A stretch of 64,000 nt of DNA from Octopus vulgaris. Taxonomy: Eukaryota. Both the position numbers and the translations under genes were made by a program. The notes under the pieces are model-generated. The model was not told the origin of the DNA, did no database searches, and saw only the letters and a list, made by a program, of their open reading frames with translations. Positions 52,519 to 63,422 of this stretch are shown in pieces (position 1 is the first letter of the stretch; each line of letters opens with the position of its first letter). Location of the stretch: positions 153,016,001-153,080,000 of the forward strand of contig OX597814.1 in assembly GCA_951406725.2 (NCBI GenBank), given 5' to 3'.

Positions 52519-53818
52519 CAGAGTGAGTGGAAAGTAACTAGGCATTAGAAATTGTTTATAGAATTTTTAGTATCACTGAAGTCACGACGAAAACATTTTT
52601 TTAAACAGACAACACTAATGGGGATTTCTTATTTTTGTATTGTCTTATTTCTTATTTTCTAGATGGCCGGTCGCTTGACTGTTCAGGAGCGAGATATGAT
52701 GGCAGCACGCTATGAAGTGTGGAATTCAACTGTTTTGGTTCAGAGATGATGGCGTCCAGAGACAATAAAAAGTTGTCATGCAAAGCTGATGACCACAGGC
52801 TCTGTGAACGATGCAAGAAGTAGCCGTCCAACCACATCCTGATCAGCGGAGAACGCTGCAAGAGAGAACAGGAAATATTTAATCGCAGCCCGCAAAAACC
52901 AACACGTCAAGCAGCTCGTGAAAGTGGACTAACAAGACACACAATATGTACGGTGTTGCATAAAGAACTGAATTATCGTCCTTGGAACCCCCATTATGTG
53001 CAGGAGCTAAAATCTGAAGACCGTGACAGCAGAAGTCCAGAAGTTCAGAACTTCAAGAAATCCCGATCTCACTTCATGTGATTTTTACCTGTGGGGTTTC
53101 ACAAGAAAGTAGATGTACAAGACAAAACCTTGCACACTGGAGGACTTGGAGACATGGATTCAGGAAATTCTTAATGATATCATAGACGACATCCTTATGA
53201 AAGTTGTTCATTCCATCCCTGGCTGGTTAAGGAAACTAGGTGACGCTACCGGTGCTTACGTTTCCATGTAATAAAGAACATGTATCATTTGTTTCAATAG
53301 ATTTGTAAAAAGGAATATGAATTTTATTGCCAATTCTTAATGTCTACTTACTTTTGTAGTGACGCCTGGTTCCAGACACCATTTTGGGATTTTCATCCAC
53401 GCATGCACAGGGATTAGTCTTCCGGAAGGTCTGCCGGAAGCCCCTTATGCGCATGCACAGTCATCAGAAGCAGCTAGGCTTAATCGCTATTCTCTCTTTT
53501 CGCCCCTGCTGCCGACCGAGCCAGACGCAAATAGACCAGCACCGTGTGGCCGGAATTCTGAAGGAGATCCACGATTTCGGCGAATCTGTGAAGAATGCCT
53601 TCATAACTGTGGTTAAACCGACTCTACTGCTTCTACCCCACCTCCCGGCGTCCAGGCTACCGATGTCCAGAGATGAAATGCTTATTTCGGCGAAATAAAT
53701 TATTTGTCATTTGTTCGGAGATTCTTCTTCCCGCTATTTTCCTTTCCACGACTATGTAAGGAATTGTGAGGCACCCATCCGGTGCCAACCGCACATCCTA
53801 CACTTTTTACCCACCCTG
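52519..53818 (+). mobile_element. Internally deleted Tc1/mariner element (DD41D/rosa-like)
   Basis: TA|CAGAGTGAGTGGAAAGTAA ... TTTTACCCACCCTG|TA imperfect TIRs, the right TIR split by an LTR; PDLTSCDFYLWG motif at ~53060-53097. Confidence 0.75.
53355..53802 (+). mobile_element. Solo LTR (448 bp, Gypsy-like)
   Basis: TGTAG...CTACA termini, 4-bp TSD CTTT, AATAAA at ~53694. Confidence 0.85.
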
Positions 53819-54198
53819 TATAAGATATTATAATTCACCAATTTACCATACAGAAATAAGCGTGGACAAGAAGGAAGAAAACAATGTTGCTCATACAGAG
53901 AGTAAAATTATTTACCATTTTTTATTGAAAACTGAAACTCCAAGTTACTCATTTTCGACCTTCGTACTTTTATAAAAACGGAACTTAAGAAAAATTTGAG
54001 TCACACATAAGAAGGTAAACCTTGATTGGATAAGAGCACAAAAACTGGAATGAAAGCGTCGTATTGGATTACCATGTGACCCGAGTCATGCATACAAAAA
54101 TGAAAGGATAAAATAGGATATGTATGGCAGGTTAAAATACGTTGATTAGAGAAGGGAAAGGGGCAAAACAAATAATAAAGATAGAAACAGAGGAACAA

Positions 54199-54295
54199 AG
54201 AAGAAGAAGAAGAAGAAGAAGAAGAAGAAGAAGAAGAAGAAGAAGAAGAAGAAGAAGAAGAAGAAGAAGAAGAAGAAGAAGAAGAAGAAGAAGAA
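54199..54295. repeat. (GAA)n microsatellite
   Basis: Direct reading. Confidence 0.97.
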
Positions 54296-54693
54296 ATCTG
54301 TAAAAGAATATTCAAAAATATATGGAAGGTATATGTTAATAAGTGAGTTTCAAAGATTGGCTAAAATTTATGAATTTATGCATATGCAAATCAGGAAAGA
54401 GCGAATAAAAAATGAGGAACAGAGTAAAATAGAATAAAGTTAAAATTAGAAATAGCAGGGACAAGGAAGTGGAAAAGGAAATTAGCAGAAGATGATTTTT
54501 GCTAACGGAAATATAATGAAGTAGTTGAGTGTGTGAAATAGTCAGAACGTGCAAGAAGAATAAGTCGAAAAAGTAAGATAAAAATATTTAAGATCTTCTG
54601 TATTGTCACACGAGAAACATGTCAAAAGATGGTGACATAAGATCCGATTGTCCTTAACAGTAACGAATTGCAAAGCAAATAATTAGAAGCGTG

Positions 54694-55162
54694 TGTAGGA
54701 TCGTTGTTATCTGTCTCTGTGTGATATCTGCACTTGTAGGGTGCTTCACACATTGTCCCTACAATGTTGTAGAAAGGAATAAAACGGCAGGAGCACGAGT
54801 AGCTGAACAAATAACAATAATAGTTCATTATTTTCACAGAAGGAGATACTTCATCGCTGGTCATCGGTAACATGAACGCCTGGGTTAGGAAGGCAGCAGA
54901 GTCGGATTAAATCACCATGGTTAAAACAGTGTTCACCGTCCTTCGAGTCTGGTTCGCCTTCGAGTTTGGTTCGCCCCTTCGCTCGGAGCATAGTCTTAAT
55001 TCATCGACCGCCAAGAGACTTGGAATAGCGGTAAAGGCTGATTGCTCCTGATTACTGCGCATGCATACCAGGGAACTTCCGGCGGCCTACCGGAAGATAC
55101 CAAACATTGCACATGCGCAGATGGACATCCCAAAATGGCGTCTAAAACCTGGCGTCACTACG
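54694..55162 (-). mobile_element. Solo LTR related to 53355-53802
   Basis: Right end ccaaaatggcgtctaaaacctggcgtcactac matches the reverse complement of the 53355 start; left end TGTAGGAT; 4-bp TSD CGTG. Confidence 0.82.
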
Positions 55163-55594
55163 CGTGCTTGCAGGGACTTAACAATTCAGCTTCTTTGTTA
55201 CGTACGCATGAGTCTTGAAAATGGATTAAAAGTTTTGCTTAAATACAGATAACAGCATGCTCCAAATTATTTTGAGTGCAACTTAAATGCATTCTTTCAA
55301 GAACCACACGAACTTGGATAACCGTGTCAAGAATATTTTTCTGGGTGTTTAGATGGAAGTGTTTACTGAGAAAAATGAATTTTGAATTTTATTTTCCGTA
55401 AATCTTTGATCTGTAGATTCATGACAAGCCAATTTTTTGTTCATAGGATATTACATTGGGCTGCATTTTGATTTTTTTTTTTATGAAAGGTGTCAAATTT
55501 ATATAATTTAGGGCATTAATTACAAATTCTCTCTTTGAATCTGAGCACCACGTCATATAGGCGCAGGAGGAGTGGCTGTATGGTAAGTCATATA

Positions 55595-55990
55595 GGCGCA
55601 GGAGTGGCTGTGTGGTAAGTAGTTTACTTACCAACCTCATGGTTCCGGGTTCAGTTCCACTGTGTGGCACATAGGGCAAGTGTCTTCTACTATACCCTCG
55701 GGCCAACCAAAGCCTTATAAGTGGATTTGGTAGACGGAAACTGAAAGAAGCCCGGCGTATGTATGTATATATGTATGTATGTGTGTGTGTGTTTGTGCTT
55801 GTCACCCGCAACATCGCTTGACAACCGATAATGGTGTGTTTACGTCCCCGTAACTTAACGGTTCGGCTAAAAGAGACCGGTAGAATAAGTACTAGGCTTA
55901 CAAAGAATAAGTCCTGGAGTCGTTTTGCTCCAATAAAAAGCGGTGCTCTAGTATGGCCGCAGTCAAATGACTGAAACGAGTAATAAGTAG
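55595..55990 (+). mobile_element. SINE family 3, full length (CORE-like)
   Basis: GGCGCAGGAGTGGCTGTGTGGTAAG head (with a short duplicated head just upstream), GGTTCAGTTCC B-like box, GGGCAAGT core, internal (GT)n, tail ...ATGACTGAAAC; partial copies at 1-90, 6225-6375, 8940-9070, 14500-14612, 20880-21000 and 21850-22020. Confidence 0.85.
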
Positions 55991-56539
55991 AGAAAAAAAA
56001 CATAGAGTATCTATATTATACAATAGGTTGTATAGTAATTTTAGCTGTTTCATGGCAAGATCTATCCCTTTTCACCTACAATTAGGCACTACGTTAGTTT
56101 TATATCTATAAAAATCAAATATATATTTTCAAAGAATTTAGAAGAAATTGTTAATCTGTCATACAAATTCGTCCACGTTCTATTTAACCACGATAAAATC
56201 AATAAAACACATCAAATATCACTAGAATTGCATGTAATCTTAAACAACGTTATTTTCTGAGAAGAAAGGTAACTAATTCTGCCCGTCTTATCTCAATCTG
56301 TCGTAGAGCAAATATAAAAATAAAACTAGCTCAGCAAATACATTAATAAGAAAGCAGCTTCCTGTTCTTGGATTGCTCAGCATGATACTTCTATTTTCTA
56401 TTATTAGGCACTATAAGCACTAGAAAAGTCTGACATCATATTTGTATTCCACTGTCCCTGATATCATTTTTTTTTTTTTCAGAGTTTTAATGTTTTCTTG
56501 GAGATGCTATCCTAGCTTTTCACTCAGAACCCCTAAATT

Positions 56540-56756
56540 CTTTTCTGCTCTAGGCACAAGGTCCGAAATTTTGGGGAAGGGGGGGGGCAGTCGATTATAT
56601 CGACCCCAGTGCGTAACTGGTACTTATTTAATCGACCCCGAAAGGATGAAAGGCAAAGTCGACCTCGGTGGAATTTGAACTCAGAATGTAGCGGCAGACG
56701 AAATACCGCTAGGCATTTCGCCCAGCGTGCTAACGATCCTGCCAGCTCGCCCCCTT
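56540..56756 (-). mobile_element. SINE family 1 monomer (tail B) with 16-bp TSD
   Basis: TSD TCAGAACCCCTAAATT at 56524-56539 and 56757-56772. Confidence 0.92.
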
Positions 56757-56999
56757 TCAGAACCCCTAAATTGACTTGGAAATAAGTTAAATAGCCATGA
56801 AAGAAATACCTTTTAAACCTAGAAAGGAAAAAATACTGCATTTACTTGTCTGTAAACCGAACACCTAATATAGAGTTAAATCTGGGTACAAAATTTTTCC
56901 CTTCATAGTTTTAGCTTTGCTCCTTATATAAGTCGCCACCCAGTCTTTTTATATTAAAATCAAGGTAAAATAGTGTGACTTACACGCGATTAGATATAG

Positions 57000-57640
57000 T
57001 AGTTTATTTACCAGATCTTTGGTTTTCAGGTTTTTGTTGCCCAAAGGGTTTTCACAATTTCTGTGACTGCTATTTAGGTACTCTCTTCAACAGGTTTATG
57101 TAAACCCATAATTTTTCCATCTTTCAGTAATGTTCTTTCTTTTTTTTTTTCTTTGGACCCATCAAAGATGCCTATCTTCAATTTCTATTGATTTAGAGCA
57201 GGAAATTTTCCACACACATATTTGAGAAACCTACCTTATCTAAAGCTTTAATAAATTGTTTCACCAAACCAAGTTTGATGTACTGGGAGCCAAACATTTT
57301 CTGGTTTTACTTGGAGAATGTTCATGATAAGCTTTCCAACATCGGAGTCCCTTCTTCCAAGTCATTCCTGTCACACCTAAAGATCTCTTATAGCCCGACT
57401 GTTCCATAAATACACACACACACAACCAAAGATATTTAGTGTAGTCATTTTATTAGCTACGTCGTATGCAAATCACTTTCAAATCTCCATATTATTCCAC
57501 TGTGTTCGAAGTTGGACAAAAGCTGATGTTATGTTTGGAATCAGTACTCAAAAATTAGCAAGGTAGCTGTCTTCACCTTTAAAGAAGTACACAAGTACTA
57601 TAGCAACATAACATTATCCTGGATACTTACGCTGAATTCC
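57000..57640 (-). mobile_element. Decayed DNA transposase (Chapaev3-like)
   Basis: Minus-strand fragments DLKVI, YTKY..LWNSRA, IKLGLVKQFIKALDK, GIFDG; family assignment from recalled motifs. Confidence 0.55.
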
Positions 57641-58295
57641 TTTGTAATGACAGCTGTACGTGACTTGAAAGAGATTTTACTGTAATTTCTAGCACGTCGA
57701 GCGACCACATAAAAGTTCCATCTTGTCGGCGCAGTTACTGAATTCGTTATAATCGGAAGTTAAAACTGAACTGTCGCATTCCATTTGTGAAGCACTTACT
57801 ACAATGCATACGTCCCTCTTTAAGCAGAAACCATATTCATTCATCATCATTGTATAAAATACACCATAAATGTATTCATTTATTAATTCATTCATTCATT
57901 CGATCTCAGCATTCTTTTAAAGAATAATTTTTTTTCTGAAGAAAGACATCTGCTTAAACATATATTTCAATGCCAATTTAATATATTTATTACGAAAGTC
58001 AAGAGATGGCTTATCAAAAATGTGATGCGTAAGGGCAGCCGTAATTTCAAAAATTTTAGTCAATTACTCATAGTTTACATGTTTTGTACAGCTGTACAGC
58101 GATAGGACATGTCCATAGATGGCGACAAGTGGAATGGTGTGTAGATATAGAGATTAGCTGTGAATTGGCCAGCTTCTAAGCTAATTATCGACAGTAGAGC
58201 AACATCAGTAACATTCAGTGAGTCAACGGTTTGTAATATTGAATAAAAAAAAATTGCACCAATCTTATAAATGAAGCTAGGACAAGATGGACAAT

Positions 58296-59233
58296 CTTTT
58301 CTACTCTAATCACAAGGCCCGAAATTTTAGGGGAGGGAGCCAGTCGATTAGATCGACTCCAGTATGCAACTAGTACTTAATTTATCGACTCCGAAAAGAT
58401 GAAAGGCAAAGTCGACCTCGGCGCAATTTGAACTCAGAACGTAGCGGCAGACGAAATACTTATTTCTTTACTACCCACAAGGGGCTAAACACAGAGGGGA
58501 CAAACAAGGACAGACAAACGGATTAAGTCGATCACATCGACCCCAGTGCGTAACTGATTCTTATTTAATCGACCCCGAAAAGATGAAAGGCAAGGTCGAC
58601 CTCGGCAGAATTTGAACTCAGAACGTAGCGACAGACGAAATACCTATTTCTATACAGCCCACAAGGAGCTACATACAGAGGGGACAAACAAGGACAAAGG
58701 GTTTAAGTCGATTATATCGACCCCAGTGCGTAACTGGTACTTAATTTATCGACCCCGAAAAGATGAAAGGCAAAGTCGACCTCGGTGGAATTTGAACCCA
58801 GAACGTAGCGGCAGACGAAATACTTATTTCTTTACTACCCACAAGGGGCTAAACACAGAGAGGACAAACAAGGACAGACAAACAGATTAAGTCGATTATA
58901 TCGACCCCAGTGCGTAACTGGTACTTATTTAATTGACCCCGAAAGGATGAAAGGCAAGTCGACCTCGGCGGAATTTGAACTCAGAACGTAGCGGCAGACG
59001 AAATATCTATTTCTTTATTACCCACAAGGGATTACACATAGAGGGGATAAACAAGGACAGACATAGGTATTAAGTCGATTACATTGACCCCAGTGCGTAA
59101 CTGGTACTTAATTTATCGACCCCAAAAGGATGAAAGGAAAAGTAGACCTCGGCGGAATTTGAACTCAGAACGTAGCGGCAGGCGAAATACCGCTAAGCAT
59201 TTCGCCCGGTGTGCTAACGTTTCTGCCGCCTTA
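58296..59233 (-). mobile_element. Head-to-tail array of SINE family 1 (5 bodies, one head)
   Basis: Junctions at 58460/1, 58644/5, 58824/5 and 59007/8; the whole array is flanked by TSD GACAAGATGGACAAT/GACATGATGGATAAT (13/15). Confidence 0.92.
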
Positions 59234-59399
59234 TGACATGATGGATAATGGTTGGCTTCAAATAAACCTTGCTTCGTTTACAGGTTTAATAAATGTATAG
59301 ATTGGAAAAAAAAACTCCTGAGGCATTTCAAGATGGGAAAGAAACTATTGCTTCTTAGGTTTTAATTGATATATTTAATCAATATAACATTATTGATAA

Positions 59400-60910
59400 C
59401 ATAATTCTATTTGTCAAATTATTGATCCCTGGAGTGTAAAGTTCTTGACGTTTCAAAGCAAAAGAAAAAAAAGAAAAAAAAATCACTCGAAATAGTTTTT
59501 AACTTCTTCACAATCAATAAACTGTTTTCCCTCTAAATTTGATTGTGATGATCTGAAAGTATAACAGTCAGGTGGAGCAAGGTCGGATGAGTACCAAGGA
59601 TGAGGCAAACTTCCATATTTAGTTGCTATAATCTTTTATCTGAGTGACTTGGGTAATATGTGGTCATGCATTATCGTGTAAGAACATCCCTTTGCAAATG
59701 ACTAAGGCTGGGCACTTTCCCCGTAAATTTTTGTGCAATGCTTCTAATTGACAACAATACTTCACATTAACTGTTTTGTCTTGGTTTAACATTTCACGAT
59801 AGGCGACACTCTTCATATTGCACCTAACGAAGAGTATAACATTTGGGGGATGTAATCCTGGTTTGGGAATAAATTCTCCTTTTCCATTGGATGTGTAGCA
59901 CTTGTATAGGGACGGGTCACTTATTTATAGCCTTATTATGACAAGACTTGGTGTCAGTTTATACGCAATATTTATTGCTACATTTTTTTACAAGGCTTCA
60001 TGAAAATACAGAGTCGATCTTATATGAACATCGTAGTTTACAGATGCTGAAGGTCTTCACAGATAATTAATGTTTATGCTGATCTTTCACATTGCTGCTG
60101 AAACGTTTGGCTGAGTTAATTTCTTCATTCGTCTCCGAGTTGGTATAGATCTGTGAAAAGAGCTATTAGGAAAATAGTGCTGATTTGAATATGCAGATGT
60201 GAAAAACAGCTACAAGAGAGGAATTTACGGGGAACCGTAACGAAACGAGGTCCCAATTCCCTTTAATAATCACGCCAAAAACGGTTGCTTTTAGGGCCGT
60301 CGCTGAAAGAACATTCTGGAACTTATCACGTGAACAACCAGTTCTTATTGGTTGAAATTGGGGTCTGCACGCATGGTAAACTCGCGATTTACATGTGATC
60401 AGAAGATGGGAGTTGAAGTCAACTGCCATAGGTGCTAACCATTGTCGTTTTCGTTGGACATGATTATAGAGGATCCACTTTTCATCGATAGTGGTGATTC
60501 TTCCTAAGAAAGGTTCAGTAACAAGTCTACTCTTCAATGGCTGAGCACAATTGGATGATGAGAGGCCCGCTGGTCATGTTTAGACATTTTTCCTATATCA
60601 TGAAGGCGCTTTATGATCGAAGTGTAACTCGAATTTAACTGTTTACTCATTTTCGTGCAGTTTGCTTTGAATTTTCCTCACCTACGGTTTTCGGGAGCTT
60701 AATATTGACAGAACTTTTTCGTCCTGATCGAGCGGGATCCACGAGAGAAAATGTTTCCAGATGTAAGAGTGGCTGAATCATTGTTGGCATGCCCGGACAC
60801 TTAAACCTTCATTTCCAGAGACAGAATGAATATTTCTTGTCACTTCCATTGTTGTAGGGACCCTTTTTAAATTCATACAACATGTAATATCTGATTTTAA
60901 AAAGGTAAAA
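59400..60910 (-). mobile_element. Mariner transposase pseudogene with a ~540-bp insertion
   Basis: FLGRITTIDEKWILY...RKRQWL, KPGLHP, LHDNA, HPWYSSDLAPPDCY; unrelated insert 59888-60425 flanked by CCAT. Confidence 0.82.
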
Positions 60911-62049
60911 TCGATACGAATGTCACGAGGTGTGATTACCAATGTCACGATGGTCATAGAACGAAAGACGTGAGATGCTAGTGGTTGAGTTGGGTTCAGG
61001 CTGTGTATAATAAATGCACACCACTTTTAAACAATTGACCAAATTTTATTCACTGCACGAAATAATCTTCATGTTGGTCTCCAATTTAAAATGCAACAAC
61101 AAAATCAAAACACTGGAAGAAGAATTCTGTAGTTAATACAACATAGTTAGTTAAGTAGGCTCTGTAAATAAGCTGTCACAACATGAGAAAAATACCACGC
61201 TGGGTCCATGTCTGCAAAACTGTAGCTGCTGTCTACTTGGTTGAGTAAGGAGTCATTAGAACGACTGTTGAATGCAACAAGTGAGAATGTGGTTTGCTTG
61301 ACGGCGATAGTCCACCAACTGAAATTTGGTGTCCAAAGCATGCCTATTTATAAGCCTTGTTAAGGGACGTTCAAAGAGATTCTAGAAAGTAGCATCACGT
61401 GATGTCTCGATGCTGATCAATCAATTACTCGGCCGATCATATGAAATACCTGTTATTAAGCCATGATTTTAACGTGGTAATTTGCCGATTCAGTTCCGAA
61501 TCTGCTCCACGAATGGATCCACTATGGTATAACGTAATCTGCAAAGGAAAAAACATTAGAATGTAAAAATTAAAGCTTATTTTACAATAAGAACGGAAAA
61601 AGTACCCTCAAAATGATCATGTCAAAAATACAGCAGAACTTTTTTTTCCAGTTCAATAGTTCTTTCTGACTCTAGCTGCTTATCCTCTGGATCAAGAGCG
61701 TGAGTACCAATTACATGTGTTTTTCGCCGCAACTACATGAGCACCCAAAACAATGCAAAAAGCATGGTGCATGAGAAGAGAAAAAATTTGATGATGGATA
61801 AATGGCAAAAGTAGTAGGCTTAGAAAGCTTGAAGCTTCTTGTCGGAAGACTACAAGCTAGTGAGTTGAGTGTGATGTTGGTGGGTGGGTGCTAGATTGGG
61901 ATCTACCCAAGGTCCTGCACAGATGACCACTTAGCTCTATTTAGGGATTACGATGTTTTCCCCATTCTGAGGGCATCCTGATAAAAAGAAAGATAAAAAT
62001 TGCCCACTCAATTTGAGTCTCTACTTTTTATTCTCAGTATAAAGAAAGA

Positions 62050-62265
62050 AGGTGGCGAGCCAGAAGAATTGTTAACACGCCGGGCAAAATGTGTAGGGGT
62101 ATTTCGTTCGTCCTTACGTTCTGAGTTCAAATTCCACCGAAGTCGACTTTGACTTTCAACCTTTCAGGGTCGATAAAATAAGTACCAGTCAAGCACTGGG
62201 GTCAATATAATAGACTTACCCCCTTTCGCGTACTTGCTGGTCTTGTGCCAAAATTTGAAACTAAT
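62050..62265 (+). mobile_element. SINE family 1 monomer (diverged)
   Basis: aggtggcgagcc...ctgagttcaaattcc...gtcgataaaataagtacc; further decayed copies at ~1520-1720, 2870-3075, 3590-3700 and 52400-52510. Confidence 0.78.
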
Positions 62266-62299
62266 TTGAAACCAATATAAAGAAAGAAGAAAACAATTC

Positions 62300-62900
62300 T
62301 GTACGATGTTGAATGTAGCTAATCCAGGAGTGCTTGAATGAAGAACTGCTATAAGTCGATAGAGAATCGATGTGCTATGATATACATAGTGTTGCGCAGT
62401 CAGAAACATGACCGAAAAAACGGAGAGTTACAAGTGCAGAACAACTGCTTCTTCAGGAAATAAGGACGCTGTATGGAATGAAGTTGATATTGACCTAGCA
62501 CTCGCGAACACACTTATCAGCAAACTACTGTCGCTTCCTGTTAAGGCTATAGATTTGTCTTGACTGCAAATTAAAATGTGACTGTTTTAGTATCTATGTC
62601 CCTATGATGACAAACAAAATAAGAAGGATTTCTTATGATTCACTACAAACAACCGATAAACAATATGTCTTTGGCGATTTTAACGCAATAGTGACGAGAG
62701 ATTACCAAAAAGAGCCAGCTTTACACCAAACAGAGTCAACTAAAACAATCTCCTTCTTACAGTTACCTTAAAAGTGGTGTTGCGGCTTGCTTTGTTCATG
62801 GTCGAAGCAATGGAATCTGTCAGACTGCGTCCTTACCGCTAAGGACAGCGTAACAATGACGAAAAAAATCGTTAACTTAAGGTAAATGATTTCCCTTGAT
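62300..62900 (+). mobile_element. LINE APE-domain remnant
   Basis: FGDFNA motif at ~62670; otherwise decayed. Confidence 0.45.
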
Positions 62901-63144
62901 TGGGATCGTGGAGCAAATTTCGGATTATCACCCTTAAACTATAATTTGTTCCCATCAATTTTGGAACAATTGATTTAGTCCACTTGAGGGCGCTTCTAAT
63001 TATATAACTATTGTTTTGTTTCCACTACAATGACAGAACACTTGCTTTTTCCTCTGCGATTGTCATCTTTCATGGCACACCATGTTTGATCTATAACAGT
63101 TGCTCTGTATTTTGCGTGTGTGCACATTCAGTATACTAAGTTAC

Positions 63145-63390
63145 GAGCATATGGCGTAGTGGTTAAGAGCGCGGGCTACTAACCCCAAGATTCCGAGTTC
63201 AATTCCAGGCAGTGACCTGAATAATTATAATAATAATAACATCGAAAAATACTTTAGGAATGAGAACCCAGGTTCAAAATTTACCCAAGACACCTGATGA
63301 AGGATGGAGGGTATATCGGCCGAAACGTTGTGTTAACAACAAACAAGATGAGGGCAAATATCCGTCAAAATGTAAATAACGTAAATAATG
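63145..63390 (+). mobile_element. tRNA-headed SINE family 6 carrying a hammerhead motif
   Basis: A box TGGCGTAGTGG (63152-63162), B box GAGTTCAATTCC (63195-63206), (GTAAATAA)x2 tail, 11-bp TSD TACTAAGTTAC (63134-63144, 63391-63401). Confidence 0.88.
63289..63334 (+). ncRNA. Minimal type I hammerhead ribozyme motif (Penelope-type)
   Basis: Stem I GACAC/GTGTT; core CTGATGA(A); imperfect stem II GGATGG/TCGGCC; GAAA; palindromic AACGTT stem III. Confidence 0.72.
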
Positions 63391-63422
63391 TACTAAGTTA
63401 CTCTGTTCAAAGATGTTTTCTG

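Noticed and set aside
63145-63217. tRNA-like sequence as a real tRNA gene; likewise the heads at 19380-19454, 34715-34790 and 51664-51735
   Set aside because: Acceptor stems do not pair properly and each continues into a SINE body.
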